Source of the DNA: an uncultured Desulfosarcina sp.
GTDB taxonomy: Bacteria > Desulfobacterota > Desulfobacteria > Desulfobacterales > Desulfosarcinaceae
Assembly: GCA_963674945.2 (NCBI GenBank)
Contig: CAXXWQ010000002.1
Span: forward strand, 384,001 to 448,000
Length of the DNA stretch: 64,000 nt
Direction: 5' to 3'
The notes under the pieces were generated by a model. The model was not told the origin of the DNA. It searched no databases and was given only the letters and a program-made list of their open reading frames with translations. The position numbers and the translations under genes are program-made. Of the stretch, positions 1 through 10,582 are shown piece by piece. The number at the start of each line of letters is the position of its first letter. The first letter of the stretch is position 1.

Positions 1-1
1 A

Positions 2-133
2 GACCAAAAATATATAACGAATGAAGAATTTCAGGATGTTTATGACCATGCCGGACGAACACGAGCAACTATTCGTGGCTTCATTAAGTACTTGATTGAC
101 TATGAACAAAAACAAAAGAATAAGAAACGCTGA
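2..133 (+). CDS. 3' end of four helix bundle protein (23S rRNA IVP / bAvd-like family), partial
   Basis: Frame 2 reads DQKYITNEEFQDVYDHAGRTRATIRGFIKYLIDYEQKQKNKKR*, a typical C-terminus of this family; followed by GAAC-containing low-complexity repeats. Confidence 0.75.
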   Translation, partial: DQKYITNEEFQDVYDHAGRTRATIRGFIKYLIDYEQKQKNKKR

Positions 134-182
134 ACTTCCAATCCATTATCTTGAATAGCCCTGAACGGTGAACTCATAACCT

Positions 183-1361
183 GTGAACGTCAATAATTTC
201 CTAAGAAATTTTTATTGGTACCCTCCAGCAGAGACAAAAATACCCTGGTCGGCAATTTTTTCGGCCTTTGGCAAACAACCAACCGATTTCAAATCCGTTT
301 TATGCAACTACTTGGGTATCAAAAATTGCGTTCTCGCCGAAAGTGCAAGAGCTCTATTATTCAAATTGCTGAAAGTCTTAAAACAAAAAGACAACGGTCA
401 GCGTAACGAAGTACTAATCCCTGGCTACACATGTTATTCGGTTGCTGCGGCTGTTGCCAGGGCGAATTTACAAATCAGCGTATATGACATTGACCCAGCA
501 ACCTTATTGCCAGACACGGATTCAGTAAGAAAGGCAATTTCAGAAAATACACTTGCAGTTGTTGCGCAGCACTTATTTGGATTTCTCACACCGCTTGATG
601 AGATTAAGAAGACAGCAAGTAATAATGGTGCCTATCTAATTGAAGATTCAGCGCAGGCAATGGGCTCTGTAAAGAACATCCCGAAGCCCGGGACCATAGG
701 TGATTTCGGCCTTTTCAGCTTTGGTCGTGGCAAGCCGTTGCCAGTTGGTGGTGGTGGCGCTTTGGTTTCCGCAGATCATTTTGATGTTTTTGATACAATC
801 AAATTCGGATCAAAAAAAAAGGGATACAAGCAGGCGTTAGAATCAGCTTTCGTACAGGTGGTTTCTAAACCGTATCTTTACTGGATACCGGAGATGTTAC
901 CACTTGGACTTGGTGAGACGGTGTTTGATCCTGAGTTTGAAGTTGAAGAATTGTCGGAATCAGTTGAAACATTGCTTTGCAATGCCTTACCAACCCTTGA
1001 TCGTTTGAATGAACACAGAACATATATGGCCGATGTGTATGCGGCGAATATCAATGACCACCTATTAATTAAACAGCCTAAACATGCGTCTTCGATTATC
1101 CGTTTTCCGGTAGTTCTACCTAAGACAATTCTCAAAAAAGACCTTAAGCGTTTTGGCGTGCGGCGAATGTATCCCAAGGCGATCATTGATGCAGTAGAGA
1201 TAAAACCGTTCTTAAAGGAAAACCAAAAACCAACTCCTGGTGCTATTGAAATAGCTAATCGTCTTATCACTCTACCAACACATATGGGAATTAGCGATTC
1301 GACGGCCAAGGACATTTCTATTTTAGTGCAAAAAACAGTCAGACAGGATCTACAAGATTAA
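183..1361 (+). CDS. DegT/DnrJ/EryC1/StrS-family PLP aminotransferase
   Basis: EVLIPGYTC, IEDSAQAMG, FSFGRGKPLPVGGGG, LITLPTH motifs. Confidence 0.85.
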   Translation: MNVNNFLRNFYWYPPAETKIPWSAIFSAFGKQPTDFKSVLCNYLGIKNCVLAESARALLFKLLKVLKQKDNGQRNEVLIPGYTCYSVAAAVARANLQISVYDIDPATLLPDTDSVRKAISENTLAVVAQHLFGFLTPLDEIKKTASNNGAYLIEDSAQAMGSVKNIPKPGTIGDFGLFSFGRGKPLPVGGGGALVSADHFDVFDTIKFGSKKKGYKQALESAFVQVVSKPYLYWIPEMLPLGLGETVFDPEFEVEELSESVETLLCNALPTLDRLNEHRTYMADVYAANINDHLLIKQPKHASSIIRFPVVLPKTILKKDLKRFGVRRMYPKAIIDAVEIKPFLKENQKPTPGAIEIANRLITLPTHMGISDSTAKDISILVQKTVRQDLQD

Positions 1362-1525
1362 CCGCAGGATAAAAAAGTTGTCGCTTCGCGAAAAAAAAGC
1401 CTTGGTTTGACAGGATTAACATGATGGACAGGATTGCAGGTAGAAGGGTGAATAATACCAATTTCATATTATGAATTGATAATTTTAGAATTAGGCCAAA
1501 GCATTAATTTCTTAATAAATCTTTC

Positions 1526-3091
1526 GTAACCGTTCACGGGGCATTTTAGGGCTGACATCATGGCCTTTAACCCATTGAAAACAAAGCATAAATTGTGTGC
1601 ACCGTAACTGCCTGAAATAATTTAAAATAAATCTAGATTTTTTCTTTTAACTATGTTAGAGTGCTTTTCATGGCACTCAAAAGACCATTTTCAGAACTCG
1701 ATTGGCAACTGACACCAGAGGCGGTGAGAAATTACATCCTATATCTGGAACAGGCGCTTCATGATATGCAAAAATGGGTTGAGACCCATGAAAAACGCAT
1801 AGAGAAACTTGAAGTCCAGACCAAAATGAATTCTCGTAATTCCAGTAAACCGCCCTCATCCGATCCGCCTTTTAGCAAGCAGAAAAGAAAACAGAAAAAG
1901 AGCAAGCGATCCAAAGGCGGACAAAAAGGACACAAACCGCACCAGCAACAACTGCTCGAGCCGACAAAGCAACATTCGTTGATGCCAAAATGCTGCAGTT
2001 GTGGTCATTCGGTGTTCGATCAGGAAAAGATGAAGCCTTTTTACACCCATCAACAGATCGAACTTCCCAAAATCGAAATGGAAGTCAGCCACTATATTCT
2101 GCACAAGTGCGATTGCCCCAATTGCGGGAAGGTTGTCAAAGCCAAGCTGCCATCTGCCCTGTCGAGCGGATACGGTCCCCGATTTACCGCATTTGTTGGT
2201 GAATTAAGCGGTATTAAAGGGATGAGCCGAATGGACGTAAAGCAGTTATGCGACTCTGTGTTAGACATTCCCATTGCTACGGGGACGATCCAAAAAATCG
2301 TTGACCGCACTTCAATGGCGATTTTGCCTGTGTATGAACGTATCGGGGGTATCGCCAGAAGTTTCTGGTGCAATTATATCGATGAGACCTCCTGGTTTAC
2401 AGAAAACGATCTGCACTGGCTGTGGGCCATGGTCAACGAGCGGGTTGCTTTCTATCGCATAGACCCGCATCGCTCCAAGGTGGCTTTCGAAGCACTCATC
2501 CAGGACTGGAACGGCATTCTGGTCAGCGACGGTTACGGCCTGTATCAAAAATGGGTTCACCGCCAGACGTGCCTGGCTCATCTAATCCGTAAGGCCGATT
2601 CTCTGGCGGAGAGAAAGAAGCCGGATTTACGTCGCTTCGGAGAAATCGTCGCCGCTTGGTTGAGACAACTGGTATCGTTTGCCAAAGAGCCACCCGACCC
2701 AAAGCAATGGTCGGATTTTTATACATTCTTCTTGTTTACCGTGTCCCTTTGGGAACCCGATAAAACGGATGCAGGAAAACTCGCTCGGCAGATCATCCGG
2801 GAAATGAACAACCTATGGGTGTTTATGGATCACAAGGGCGTCGATCCCACAAACAATCGTGCCGAAAGAGCGCTACGCTTTGGTGTATTGTGGCGGAAAC
2901 GAAGCCTTGGCACCCAAAGCGAGAAAGGAAACCGTTGGGTTGAGCGGATATTGTCACTGAAAGAAACCTGTCGCTTACAAGCAAAGCAGACTTTTCCTTT
3001 TCTCGTGGAGTGCATTACTTCCTATTTTCGAAATTTAGAGCCAAACCTTTCCTGGATTTAATCCAATGGGTGTTACCCTGTGAATGCGTAC
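1526..3091 (+). mobile_element. IS66-family (single-ORF, ISBst12-like) insertion sequence
   Basis: Ends GTAACCGTTCACGGG / CCCTGTGAATGCGTAC; 8-bp TSD AATCTTTC at 1518-1525 and 3092-3099. Confidence 0.9.
1661..3061 (+). CDS. IS66-family transposase
   Basis: NSSKPPSSD, Zn-finger CxxC pairs, IDETSW, LVSDGY, QTCLAHL, TNNRAERALR. Confidence 0.93.
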   Translation: MLFMALKRPFSELDWQLTPEAVRNYILYLEQALHDMQKWVETHEKRIEKLEVQTKMNSRNSSKPPSSDPPFSKQKRKQKKSKRSKGGQKGHKPHQQQLLEPTKQHSLMPKCCSCGHSVFDQEKMKPFYTHQQIELPKIEMEVSHYILHKCDCPNCGKVVKAKLPSALSSGYGPRFTAFVGELSGIKGMSRMDVKQLCDSVLDIPIATGTIQKIVDRTSMAILPVYERIGGIARSFWCNYIDETSWFTENDLHWLWAMVNERVAFYRIDPHRSKVAFEALIQDWNGILVSDGYGLYQKWVHRQTCLAHLIRKADSLAERKKPDLRRFGEIVAAWLRQLVSFAKEPPDPKQWSDFYTFFLFTVSLWEPDKTDAGKLARQIIREMNNLWVFMDHKGVDPTNNRAERALRFGVLWRKRSLGTQSEKGNRWVERILSLKETCRLQAKQTFPFLVECITSYFRNLEPNLSWI

Positions 3092-3300
3092 AATCTTTCC
3101 AGTTCAAAACTTAAAATTAATAATTACCATTTATTGCACCGCAGAGCCGCAGAGCACGCTAAGTGTTGTTAGGGTTCCCCGGAGGGGAAAAAGAAAAAAC
3201 CTCTCTGTGCACTTTGCGACTCGAGCGTAGCGGGCGGTGAATAAAAAATTCTGTGAGTCATGTAAATCATGTTAATCCTGTCAGAAAGTTTTTAAAAACA

Positions 3301-4575
3301 ATGCTCGAATTCATCTTCTGGTTTTCAGTCTTCATGATCTTCTACGTCTATTTCGGCTACCCTCTTTGCTTGATGGGAATATTAGCATGGAGAAAGCTTA
3401 AATCCCTCTTTTCATATAAAAAGGAAAGAAGTCAAAATTTAGACTCTGAGCTATCAGCTGTCAGCTATCAGTTTCCCTCCGTCTCCTTCATAATAACAGC
3501 ATACAACGAAGAAAAAAGAATCGAAGATAAAATAAAGAATTCATTAGCTGCAGATTACCCAAAGGATAAATTGGAAATCATCGTCGCATCAGACTGCTCA
3601 AACGATAAAACAGATGAAATTGTCCAATCATATGCGGATAAAGGCGTGAAACTTGTCAGGGCACCAGAAAGAAAAGGCAAAGAAAACGCACAAAAATATG
3701 CAGTGGATGCGTCAAAGTCTCAAATCCTGATATTTTCGGATGTAGCTACGATTTTAAAACCTGATGCTATTTCAAATATTGTACGAAATTTCGCTGATCC
3801 TTCGGTTGGGTGTGTCAGCAGTGAAGACAGATTTATTGATAAAGATGGAAATGTCAGCGGTGAAGGGGCTTACGTGAAGTATGAAATGTTTCTGAGGGGC
3901 TTGGAAACGAAAGTCAATACGCTTGTTGGTCTCAGTGGATCATTCTTTGCTGCAAGAAGATCGGTATGTGAAAATTGGGCCGTTGATCTGCAAAGCGATT
4001 TCAACACACTGATAAATTCTATAAAATTCGGTTTGCGTGGCATATCTGATTCCAACAGCATCGGTTATTACCAAAACCTTGCCGATGAAAGAAAAGAATT
4101 TCAACGAAAAGTCAGAACAGTACTTCGTGGAATTTCAGTATTAATGCGTAACCTGTCATTGTTCAATGTTAAGAAATACGGATTGTTTTCATGGCAATTG
4201 TTCAGCCATAAACTATGCCGTTGGATGGTCCCCTTCTTTTTGATTCTGGCTTTTTTATCAAATCTGTTATTGGTAGCCGGCACGGGAACCTATATCCTAT
4301 ATCTATTATTACAGGTAATATTTTATTCTTTTGCATTATTTTATTATTTATCTGAAGTTAAACAAAAAACTATCTTCCCTCAAATACAAAATACAAAATA
4401 CAAAATTATTAATTTAGTTTTCAGTTTTCTTAAACCTTATACCTTAAAGCTTCAACCTTATTTCAAACTAACCTATTTCTTCACAACCGTAAATTATTCC
4501 ATCCTTGTTGCATGGTTAAAATATTGGAAAGGCGAAAGGGCAACTTTGTGGGAGCCTTCAAAACGCTTGGTATAA
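3301..4575 (+). CDS. GT2 glycosyltransferase (CesA-like, C-terminal TM helices)
   Basis: SFIITAYNEE, ASDCSND, FSDVA, RKVRTVLRG; ATG 3301 preferred because the ORF-track start at 3253 lies in a repeat. Confidence 0.9.
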   Translation: MLEFIFWFSVFMIFYVYFGYPLCLMGILAWRKLKSLFSYKKERSQNLDSELSAVSYQFPSVSFIITAYNEEKRIEDKIKNSLAADYPKDKLEIIVASDCSNDKTDEIVQSYADKGVKLVRAPERKGKENAQKYAVDASKSQILIFSDVATILKPDAISNIVRNFADPSVGCVSSEDRFIDKDGNVSGEGAYVKYEMFLRGLETKVNTLVGLSGSFFAARRSVCENWAVDLQSDFNTLINSIKFGLRGISDSNSIGYYQNLADERKEFQRKVRTVLRGISVLMRNLSLFNVKKYGLFSWQLFSHKLCRWMVPFFLILAFLSNLLLVAGTGTYILYLLLQVIFYSFALFYYLSEVKQKTIFPQIQNTKYKIINLVFSFLKPYTLKLQPYFKLTYFFTTVNYSILVAWLKYWKGERATLWEPSKRLV

Positions 4576-4784
4576 AAGACGGGTTGCTCTTTTTGATTGG
4601 ACCCTCGTATTTTTTCAATATATCCGGGTCTGATCATGATCGAAACATGGTGGAACGATATCAACAATTCACTCTGATGTTGATTAATACGCTATTGTTG
4701 GCAAGTTTCTACATCTCATCTCATGTTTTGTAGTTATTGTATGAATTCAATCACATTTTGTGCCACGGATTTAGGTATATTATA

Positions 4785-5345
4785 ATGTTTGAGAACATTC
4801 GAAAGGATTATACACGCTATGTTGAGAATGCGGGTACTATTGATTTTAGATTCTTTTTAAATATGTTTCTGACTATGTTAAAATCACCTGGTTTTTTTAC
4901 GACTTGTGTCCACCGGTTTGGTTTCTGGATTGACAATTATGTAGAAAAATCTGAAGTAAAAATCGTCAGATACCCTTTAATTATTGTTTATAATATCGGT
5001 AAATATTTTTCAGTGGTTTTCTGCAAAATTATGATTGAAGAAAGTTCTGACATCGGGCCAGGACTTTATCTTTCTAAAAACGGTGGAAGTATAATAGGTG
5101 TAAAAAAAATGGGTAGAAATTGCTCTATTCATGAAAAAGTGACCATAGGCTTGGGTATAGAGCAAGAAGCACCTATTTTAGGTAATAATGTTACTGTAAA
5201 CAAAAATTCGGTTATATATGGAAAAATTTCAATTGGCAGCAATGTCGTTATACACCAAGACACCGTTTTGAGCAAAAGCGTTCCGGCCAATTGTGAAATA
5301 GAGGGTAATCCTGGCCGAATTATAAAAATTGATATTCCGAAATAA
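4785..5345 (+). CDS. serine O-acetyltransferase-like hexapeptide-repeat protein
   Basis: HRFG, IGPGLYL, left-handed beta-helix repeats, GNPG. Confidence 0.75.
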   Translation: MFENIRKDYTRYVENAGTIDFRFFLNMFLTMLKSPGFFTTCVHRFGFWIDNYVEKSEVKIVRYPLIIVYNIGKYFSVVFCKIMIEESSDIGPGLYLSKNGGSIIGVKKMGRNCSIHEKVTIGLGIEQEAPILGNNVTVNKNSVIYGKISIGSNVVIHQDTVLSKSVPANCEIEGNPGRIIKIDIPK

Positions 5346-5371
5346 TTGAGTAACGTATTTTAGTATTGGCC

Positions 5372-6013
5372 ATGTTTGAAAATTTAAAAGCTGATTTTAG
5401 AAGATTTTATATCATCGAGGGCGGAAAAGAAAACCCGCCCTCAATACGGAAAATAAAAATTGTAATTTTTTGTTACGGTTTACAGGCACTGATTGTTTAC
5501 AGGTTTGGAGTATGGGTAGAAAATAATTTTACATCCATAATTTTGCGGCCAATTAAGTGGTTATTATCTCGTAGCTATCACTGCCTTAATTTTATGGTAA
5601 TAAAGATGTATGGAATCCGATTAGAAAAAAAAGCTCAGATTGGAAGAGGTTTTTACATCGGTCATTTTGGCGGGATCGATATAAACTGCTGTCATATAGG
5701 AAAAAACTGTTCAATTCACCAAAATGTTAGGATTGGTAACTCACATTCAGGTATCAGTGAAATTGCCCCAAATATTGGTGATAATGTTTGGATTGGTGCC
5801 CACGCGGTTGTCGCAAATGAAACTAATATTGAAGATTATTCAACTATTTCCGCCGGAACACTCGTCGGGTCGGGAAAAACTGTTCAGAAATATTTTCTTG
5901 TTATGGGGCCTAAAGCTCGTGCTGTTAGAAAGGATTATGATAATACAATTCTTCTGGGGGTAACTAAAGATGAAAAAGACTTATTATCTAAATATAAAAC
6001 GTTTCGATACTAA
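5372..6013 (+). CDS. serine O-acetyltransferase-like hexapeptide-repeat protein (paralogue)
   Basis: VYRFG, IGRGFYIGHFGGI, IGDNVWIGAHA; starts MFEN like the upstream gene. Confidence 0.8.
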   Translation: MFENLKADFRRFYIIEGGKENPPSIRKIKIVIFCYGLQALIVYRFGVWVENNFTSIILRPIKWLLSRSYHCLNFMVIKMYGIRLEKKAQIGRGFYIGHFGGIDINCCHIGKNCSIHQNVRIGNSHSGISEIAPNIGDNVWIGAHAVVANETNIEDYSTISAGTLVGSGKTVQKYFLVMGPKARAVRKDYDNTILLGVTKDEKDLLSKYKTFRY

Positions 6014-6142
6014 ATCTTTTTAGTATTGACCATGTGAATCAATATTTTTAATACGTTAAAAACGTTGATGGATAACACTCTGTAAGAGTATAAATAACAT
6101 CATAAAGAATATAAAGAAAGACCTAATTTAAACCGCTATATT

Positions 6143-6961
6143 ATGAAGATAATCTATGCTATAATTTTTCTCTCTATTACATTTTTTACGACCTATCATG
6201 ATGTTATATACTGGATGTATAATAGATATATAAGCCCTGATTCATACTATTCTCACGCATTTTTTATCCCTTTTATCTCTGGCTTTTTAATATATAAAAA
6301 AAAGGACGAATTAATAGAGATACAGCCCGAATGCTCTTTGTTAGGACTCCTGATTATAATCCTTTCATTTGTTTTACATGTTTTGGGTACAATCTTATAT
6401 GTATTTTCAATTTCTGGTTTTTCCATATTTATCTTGTTAATAGGTATTTCGCTTTATATTTTTGGGGAAAAAATTTTTAACATAATATTTTTTCCAATCG
6501 TTTTTATGCTTTTCATGTTTCCGCTTCCGCTTGCTTTCATATCAAAACTTTCATTTCCACTAAAAATGATAGTTGCGAAGGGAGGTGTTTGGATCGCAAA
6601 ATTATGGGGATTTCCAATATTAAGAGAAGGATTTTATATTACGATTCCTGCTGGAAATCTCCTGGTAGGGAATCCTTGTAGTGGTTTAAGATCTATAATC
6701 TCATTTTTAGCGCTTGGATCTATATTTGCCTATATTATAGATACTTCAACATCTAAAAAATGGTTGATTTTTATAATATCTGTACCTATCGCGCTGCTTT
6801 CAAATATAGTTCGTATTTTCATACTTATTTTAATATCTCAATATTGGAGTATTGAGGCGGCATCTCCTGAATCTGTTTTGCATAATGCTTCTGGTATTTT
6901 TGTTTTTATTTTAGGATTGAGCTTACTTTTTTTCTTTGGGAAAATAGTTGAAAAAATATGA
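6143..6961 (+). CDS. xrt: exosortase (EpsH/Xrt family)
   Basis: Polytopic membrane protein with YSHAFFIP, catalytic Cys (PCSGLRS), Arg (NIVRI), His (LHN). Confidence 0.92.
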   Translation: MKIIYAIIFLSITFFTTYHDVIYWMYNRYISPDSYYSHAFFIPFISGFLIYKKKDELIEIQPECSLLGLLIIILSFVLHVLGTILYVFSISGFSIFILLIGISLYIFGEKIFNIIFFPIVFMLFMFPLPLAFISKLSFPLKMIVAKGGVWIAKLWGFPILREGFYITIPAGNLLVGNPCSGLRSIISFLALGSIFAYIIDTSTSKKWLIFIISVPIALLSNIVRIFILILISQYWSIEAASPESVLHNASGIFVFILGLSLLFFFGKIVEKI

Positions 6962-7599
6962 ATAAAATTATTAACAGATATTTTGTTTTAGTTGTCCTTT
7001 TTATTATAACAGGCATAATAGTTAATTATTTATCTTATGATAAAGATGCTGATTATATAGAAATTGATAAGGTGATAAATAATATTCCCTTAGATATCGG
7101 AAATTGGAAAGGAAAAGATGTCAAATTAAAAGAGCAAATTTTTAAAATACTTGAAACAAGATCTATCATTCACCGGGTTTATTACACAGATGATAGCCAA
7201 CTCTTTCTTTCTATAGTCTATTATCCGAAAACCAAAGTGGATTTTCATGCACCTGAGGGTTGCCTGGCAGGGAAGGGAATTCAGTTAAGTAAAGTGACGA
7301 AGGATTTATATATTGATTATAATAACGAAAAGTTTAAAATAAGAACCAACCAGCTGTTAAGAAAATCTGATGAAACAGATGAATTGATTTACTATTTTTA
7401 TAAAGCCGGGGATTTTGTTGGAGAAAATTACATTAAATTACGATTTGCTCTTGCTTTGAATAAATTTGGCAGCCAGAAGAAAAGTGGTTCGCTTATCAGA
7501 GTATCCACACCTATTTTTCAGAATGACGAAAGAGATTCTCATAATCGTCTTGTTGAATTCATAGAAGATTTATATCCCTTTTTAATAAAATATTTATAA
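6958..7599 (+). CDS. epsI: EpsI-family exosortase-associated protein
   Basis: IPLDIGNWKG, FHAPEGCLAGKG, GSLIRVS; overlaps exosortase stop. Confidence 0.88.
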   Translation: MNKIINRYFVLVVLFIITGIIVNYLSYDKDADYIEIDKVINNIPLDIGNWKGKDVKLKEQIFKILETRSIIHRVYYTDDSQLFLSIVYYPKTKVDFHAPEGCLAGKGIQLSKVTKDLYIDYNNEKFKIRTNQLLRKSDETDELIYYFYKAGDFVGENYIKLRFALALNKFGSQKKSGSLIRVSTPIFQNDERDSHNRLVEFIEDLYPFLIKYL

Positions 7600-7607
7600 A
7601 TTTAATT

Positions 7608-9146
7608 ATGATCTTAATCACTGAAGTAAACAATAAAAAGGAACTAATAGAATCTGAAGAAAGATGGAATAGGTTTTTATTAAAAACATCTTTCACAGCA
7701 CCTTATTATTGTTATAATTGGTATTGTTCAGCTTTAAAAACAATAGATAATAATAAAACTCCGCTATTATTGTTCTTTTCATTATTTGACCAGGACATTG
7801 CTTATGCACCATTAGTATATGAGGAAAAGAAAATAATGGGCATTACTTTTTTTTATATTAGCTTTATCCAAAATGCCTATACACCTTACCAAGGTATTGT
7901 TTACTTGGATTCATTTGAAGATGTGATTTTATCTCTAATTAAATATCTGGATAGAAAGTTTCATAAAAGATATGTTATTAACTTAAATGAAATGCGGTTA
8001 AATACAACAGAAAAGAAAATCTTTAATAATCTATTGAACAAAAAAGTCATTTATATAAATAAAGAAGAGGGAGAAAATAGCAGGTATTTAAAACTAAATA
8101 ATACCTTTCATGAAACATTAAAGCTTTTAAAAAAGAAAACACAAAAAGAATTCAAGCGAAAGATAAAAAGAATTTCCGAATTAGGAAATATTAATTTAAA
8201 GCAAATAAAGGGAAAAAAACTCGTATCGGAACATTTAGAAAAATTTTTTCAGCTATATGCTCTCACTTGGAAAGGTAAAGAACCATTTCCTGAGTTCTAC
8301 TTTAATATTTGTAAGAAGTTTGGCGAATCTGGGCAACTATATTTATTTTGTTTATATGTCTGTAATAGACCTGTTGCATATTTGATTAGCATTTTATGTG
8401 GAAAAAAATTATATGGTATAAAAACAACTTATGATCCTGCATTTTGTGCATTTTCACCAGGCGTTATATTATTTTATAAGTGTATTGAAGAATTATTCTC
8501 AATTGGGGGAGTTGAGGAATTTGACATAGGAAGAGGGAACGAGCAATTTAAACGTGAATGGACGAATTTATATCATGAACAAATTAGAATGGAACTTTTC
8601 CCTTGCACTCTTTTTTGGCGACTAATAAATCAAATGCGATTTTATATATTGCCATTTTTTAAAAAGAACAAAACCTTTACTAAACTATACGATTGTTTAA
8701 GAGTTCGTACCTTGAATTCATATACCGATAATAGCAGCATATGTACAGTAAAAGAACTTTCAGTATTAAGAAAAAGGTTTGAACTATATAAACTCCCAAC
8801 ACAAATATTAATAAACGATAAAATTTCGACCAAATACGCTGTGAAGAGTGACAAATATCATTTAGCTGTCGCTATGGGTTCTAAAAATATAGATGGAATA
8901 AGTAATCGACTGGAAAACAATAAATGTGTGTTGATGATAAAAGAGTCATGGGTGGTAGGATACTTTTGGCTTTCCTATTCAGATGATAGGGATGAAAATG
9001 GAAATCATGGACCTGGAATAAACATAAATGATTGGAATATTGCAGACTATCAAAATGATAAAAGCCTTTCTGAGATATGTATTAATAAATTATGTAAATT
9101 TTTAAAAGAAAATGAACCTCAAAACTCATATTTGGTACTTTACTAA
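7608..9146 (+). CDS. GNAT acetyltransferase, CelD/BcsL type
   Basis: TTYDPAFCAFSPG, FDIGRGNEQFKREW. Confidence 0.8.
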   Translation: MILITEVNNKKELIESEERWNRFLLKTSFTAPYYCYNWYCSALKTIDNNKTPLLLFFSLFDQDIAYAPLVYEEKKIMGITFFYISFIQNAYTPYQGIVYLDSFEDVILSLIKYLDRKFHKRYVINLNEMRLNTTEKKIFNNLLNKKVIYINKEEGENSRYLKLNNTFHETLKLLKKKTQKEFKRKIKRISELGNINLKQIKGKKLVSEHLEKFFQLYALTWKGKEPFPEFYFNICKKFGESGQLYLFCLYVCNRPVAYLISILCGKKLYGIKTTYDPAFCAFSPGVILFYKCIEELFSIGGVEEFDIGRGNEQFKREWTNLYHEQIRMELFPCTLFWRLINQMRFYILPFFKKNKTFTKLYDCLRVRTLNSYTDNSSICTVKELSVLRKRFELYKLPTQILINDKISTKYAVKSDKYHLAVAMGSKNIDGISNRLENNKCVLMIKESWVVGYFWLSYSDDRDENGNHGPGININDWNIADYQNDKSLSEICINKLCKFLKENEPQNSYLVLY

Positions 9147-10582
9147 TGATCATTTTAATTCGAGTAAATAGTGAAGAAACAATTAATAATCCGCCTTTAG
9201 GATTGTTATATGTTGGTGACGCCTTGAAAAAGGCCGGGTATGATGTGAAAGTATACCATGTCTCTGAAAATGATATTCTTTCTTTTACAGAAGAAATCAT
9301 TAGCCTGAATCCTTTATGGGTTGGTTTTTCCGTAAACACGGGTTGGTCAATGAGAGCCGCATTGAGATTGACCTCCATAATCAAGGATGCAGGGATCCCC
9401 ACCGTTTGGGGAAATGCGCACGCGTCCATTTTACCTCACCAATGTTTACTGGAAGTCGCAATAGATTTTGTGGTTATTGGTGAGGGAGAGGTTACCGCAG
9501 TGGAGCTTTCCAAGGCCATAGCAAAAAAGGCTGATTATCATGATATTAAGGGAATAGGTTTTAAGGAGAGCGGTGGTCGAATTATCATTACGAAGAGCAG
9601 GGAACTGATAGAAGATCTGGATCAATATGAAATGGACTGGACACTTCTGGATCCTGATGCTTATGTCTTTGAAGCACCACAATTCGGCATGAAGCGGGCA
9701 TTCCAGTTTATTACTTCCCGTGGATGCCCACATTCATGCGGGTTTTGTTTTAATCAAGAGTTTAACCGAGGCCGCTGGCGCGCCCACTCGGAACATTTTG
9801 TTATAGATAAAGTTCTGGCATTAAAAGAGAAACTCGGACTCGACGGTATCCGTTTCTGGGATGATAATTTCTTCACAAATAGAAAACGTGCATTTCGCAT
9901 CCTCGATGCTATTGGCCTACCATATACCTCCGAGATACGTGTGGACTATTTTAATGAAGAATTTGCCAAAAAACTTTCCGCATCAGGATGCAAAATGGTA
10001 CTTTTGGGACTTGAATCGGGAAGTGATCGGATACTTAAATTAATTAATAAGAATACCACTCGGAAGGCAAACTGGGAAGCTCTCAAACTCCTAAATCGTT
10101 ATCCGCAGATATCAATCCATCCGTCTGTTATTGTAGGGTTCCCGTCTGAAACGGAAGATGAATATAAAGAGACATTAGATATGTTTGCCGAAATGATTCG
10201 TACGCATCCTAATTTTTGGTTTGTCAGATTGGGTATCTGGGTACCATATCCTGGGTGTGATCTCTATAAAAGAGCTGTTGCAGATGGAATAAAGATGCCG
10301 GCCCGGATCGAGGAGTGGGATGATTTGCTTTTCGATACATCTAAATCAAAGTCCCTTGTATGTGTGGACTGGATTGCCGATAAGAGAGACATTGAGATTG
10401 ATGAAGAATATCTGGTTATGCTAAACAAAATGGTCCATTCTCGCATCCCTTACGGACCTTTAATACATTTGTTGCATTGGAGAATAAAAAATCGTTTTTA
10501 CGGGTTTCCTGTGGAAAAGACGATATTTCATATTGTAGGCTCTTTATTAAAAGGTATCCGTAAATTAGTTTCACGTTTTTGA
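9146..10582 (+). CDS. B12-binding domain radical SAM protein
   Basis: PPLGLLY, WGNAHAS, GEGE, TSRGCPHSCGFC (CxxxCxxC), GLESGS. Confidence 0.92.
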   Translation: MIILIRVNSEETINNPPLGLLYVGDALKKAGYDVKVYHVSENDILSFTEEIISLNPLWVGFSVNTGWSMRAALRLTSIIKDAGIPTVWGNAHASILPHQCLLEVAIDFVVIGEGEVTAVELSKAIAKKADYHDIKGIGFKESGGRIIITKSRELIEDLDQYEMDWTLLDPDAYVFEAPQFGMKRAFQFITSRGCPHSCGFCFNQEFNRGRWRAHSEHFVIDKVLALKEKLGLDGIRFWDDNFFTNRKRAFRILDAIGLPYTSEIRVDYFNEEFAKKLSASGCKMVLLGLESGSDRILKLINKNTTRKANWEALKLLNRYPQISIHPSVIVGFPSETEDEYKETLDMFAEMIRTHPNFWFVRLGIWVPYPGCDLYKRAVADGIKMPARIEEWDDLLFDTSKSKSLVCVDWIADKRDIEIDEEYLVMLNKMVHSRIPYGPLIHLLHWRIKNRFYGFPVEKTIFHIVGSLLKGIRKLVSRF

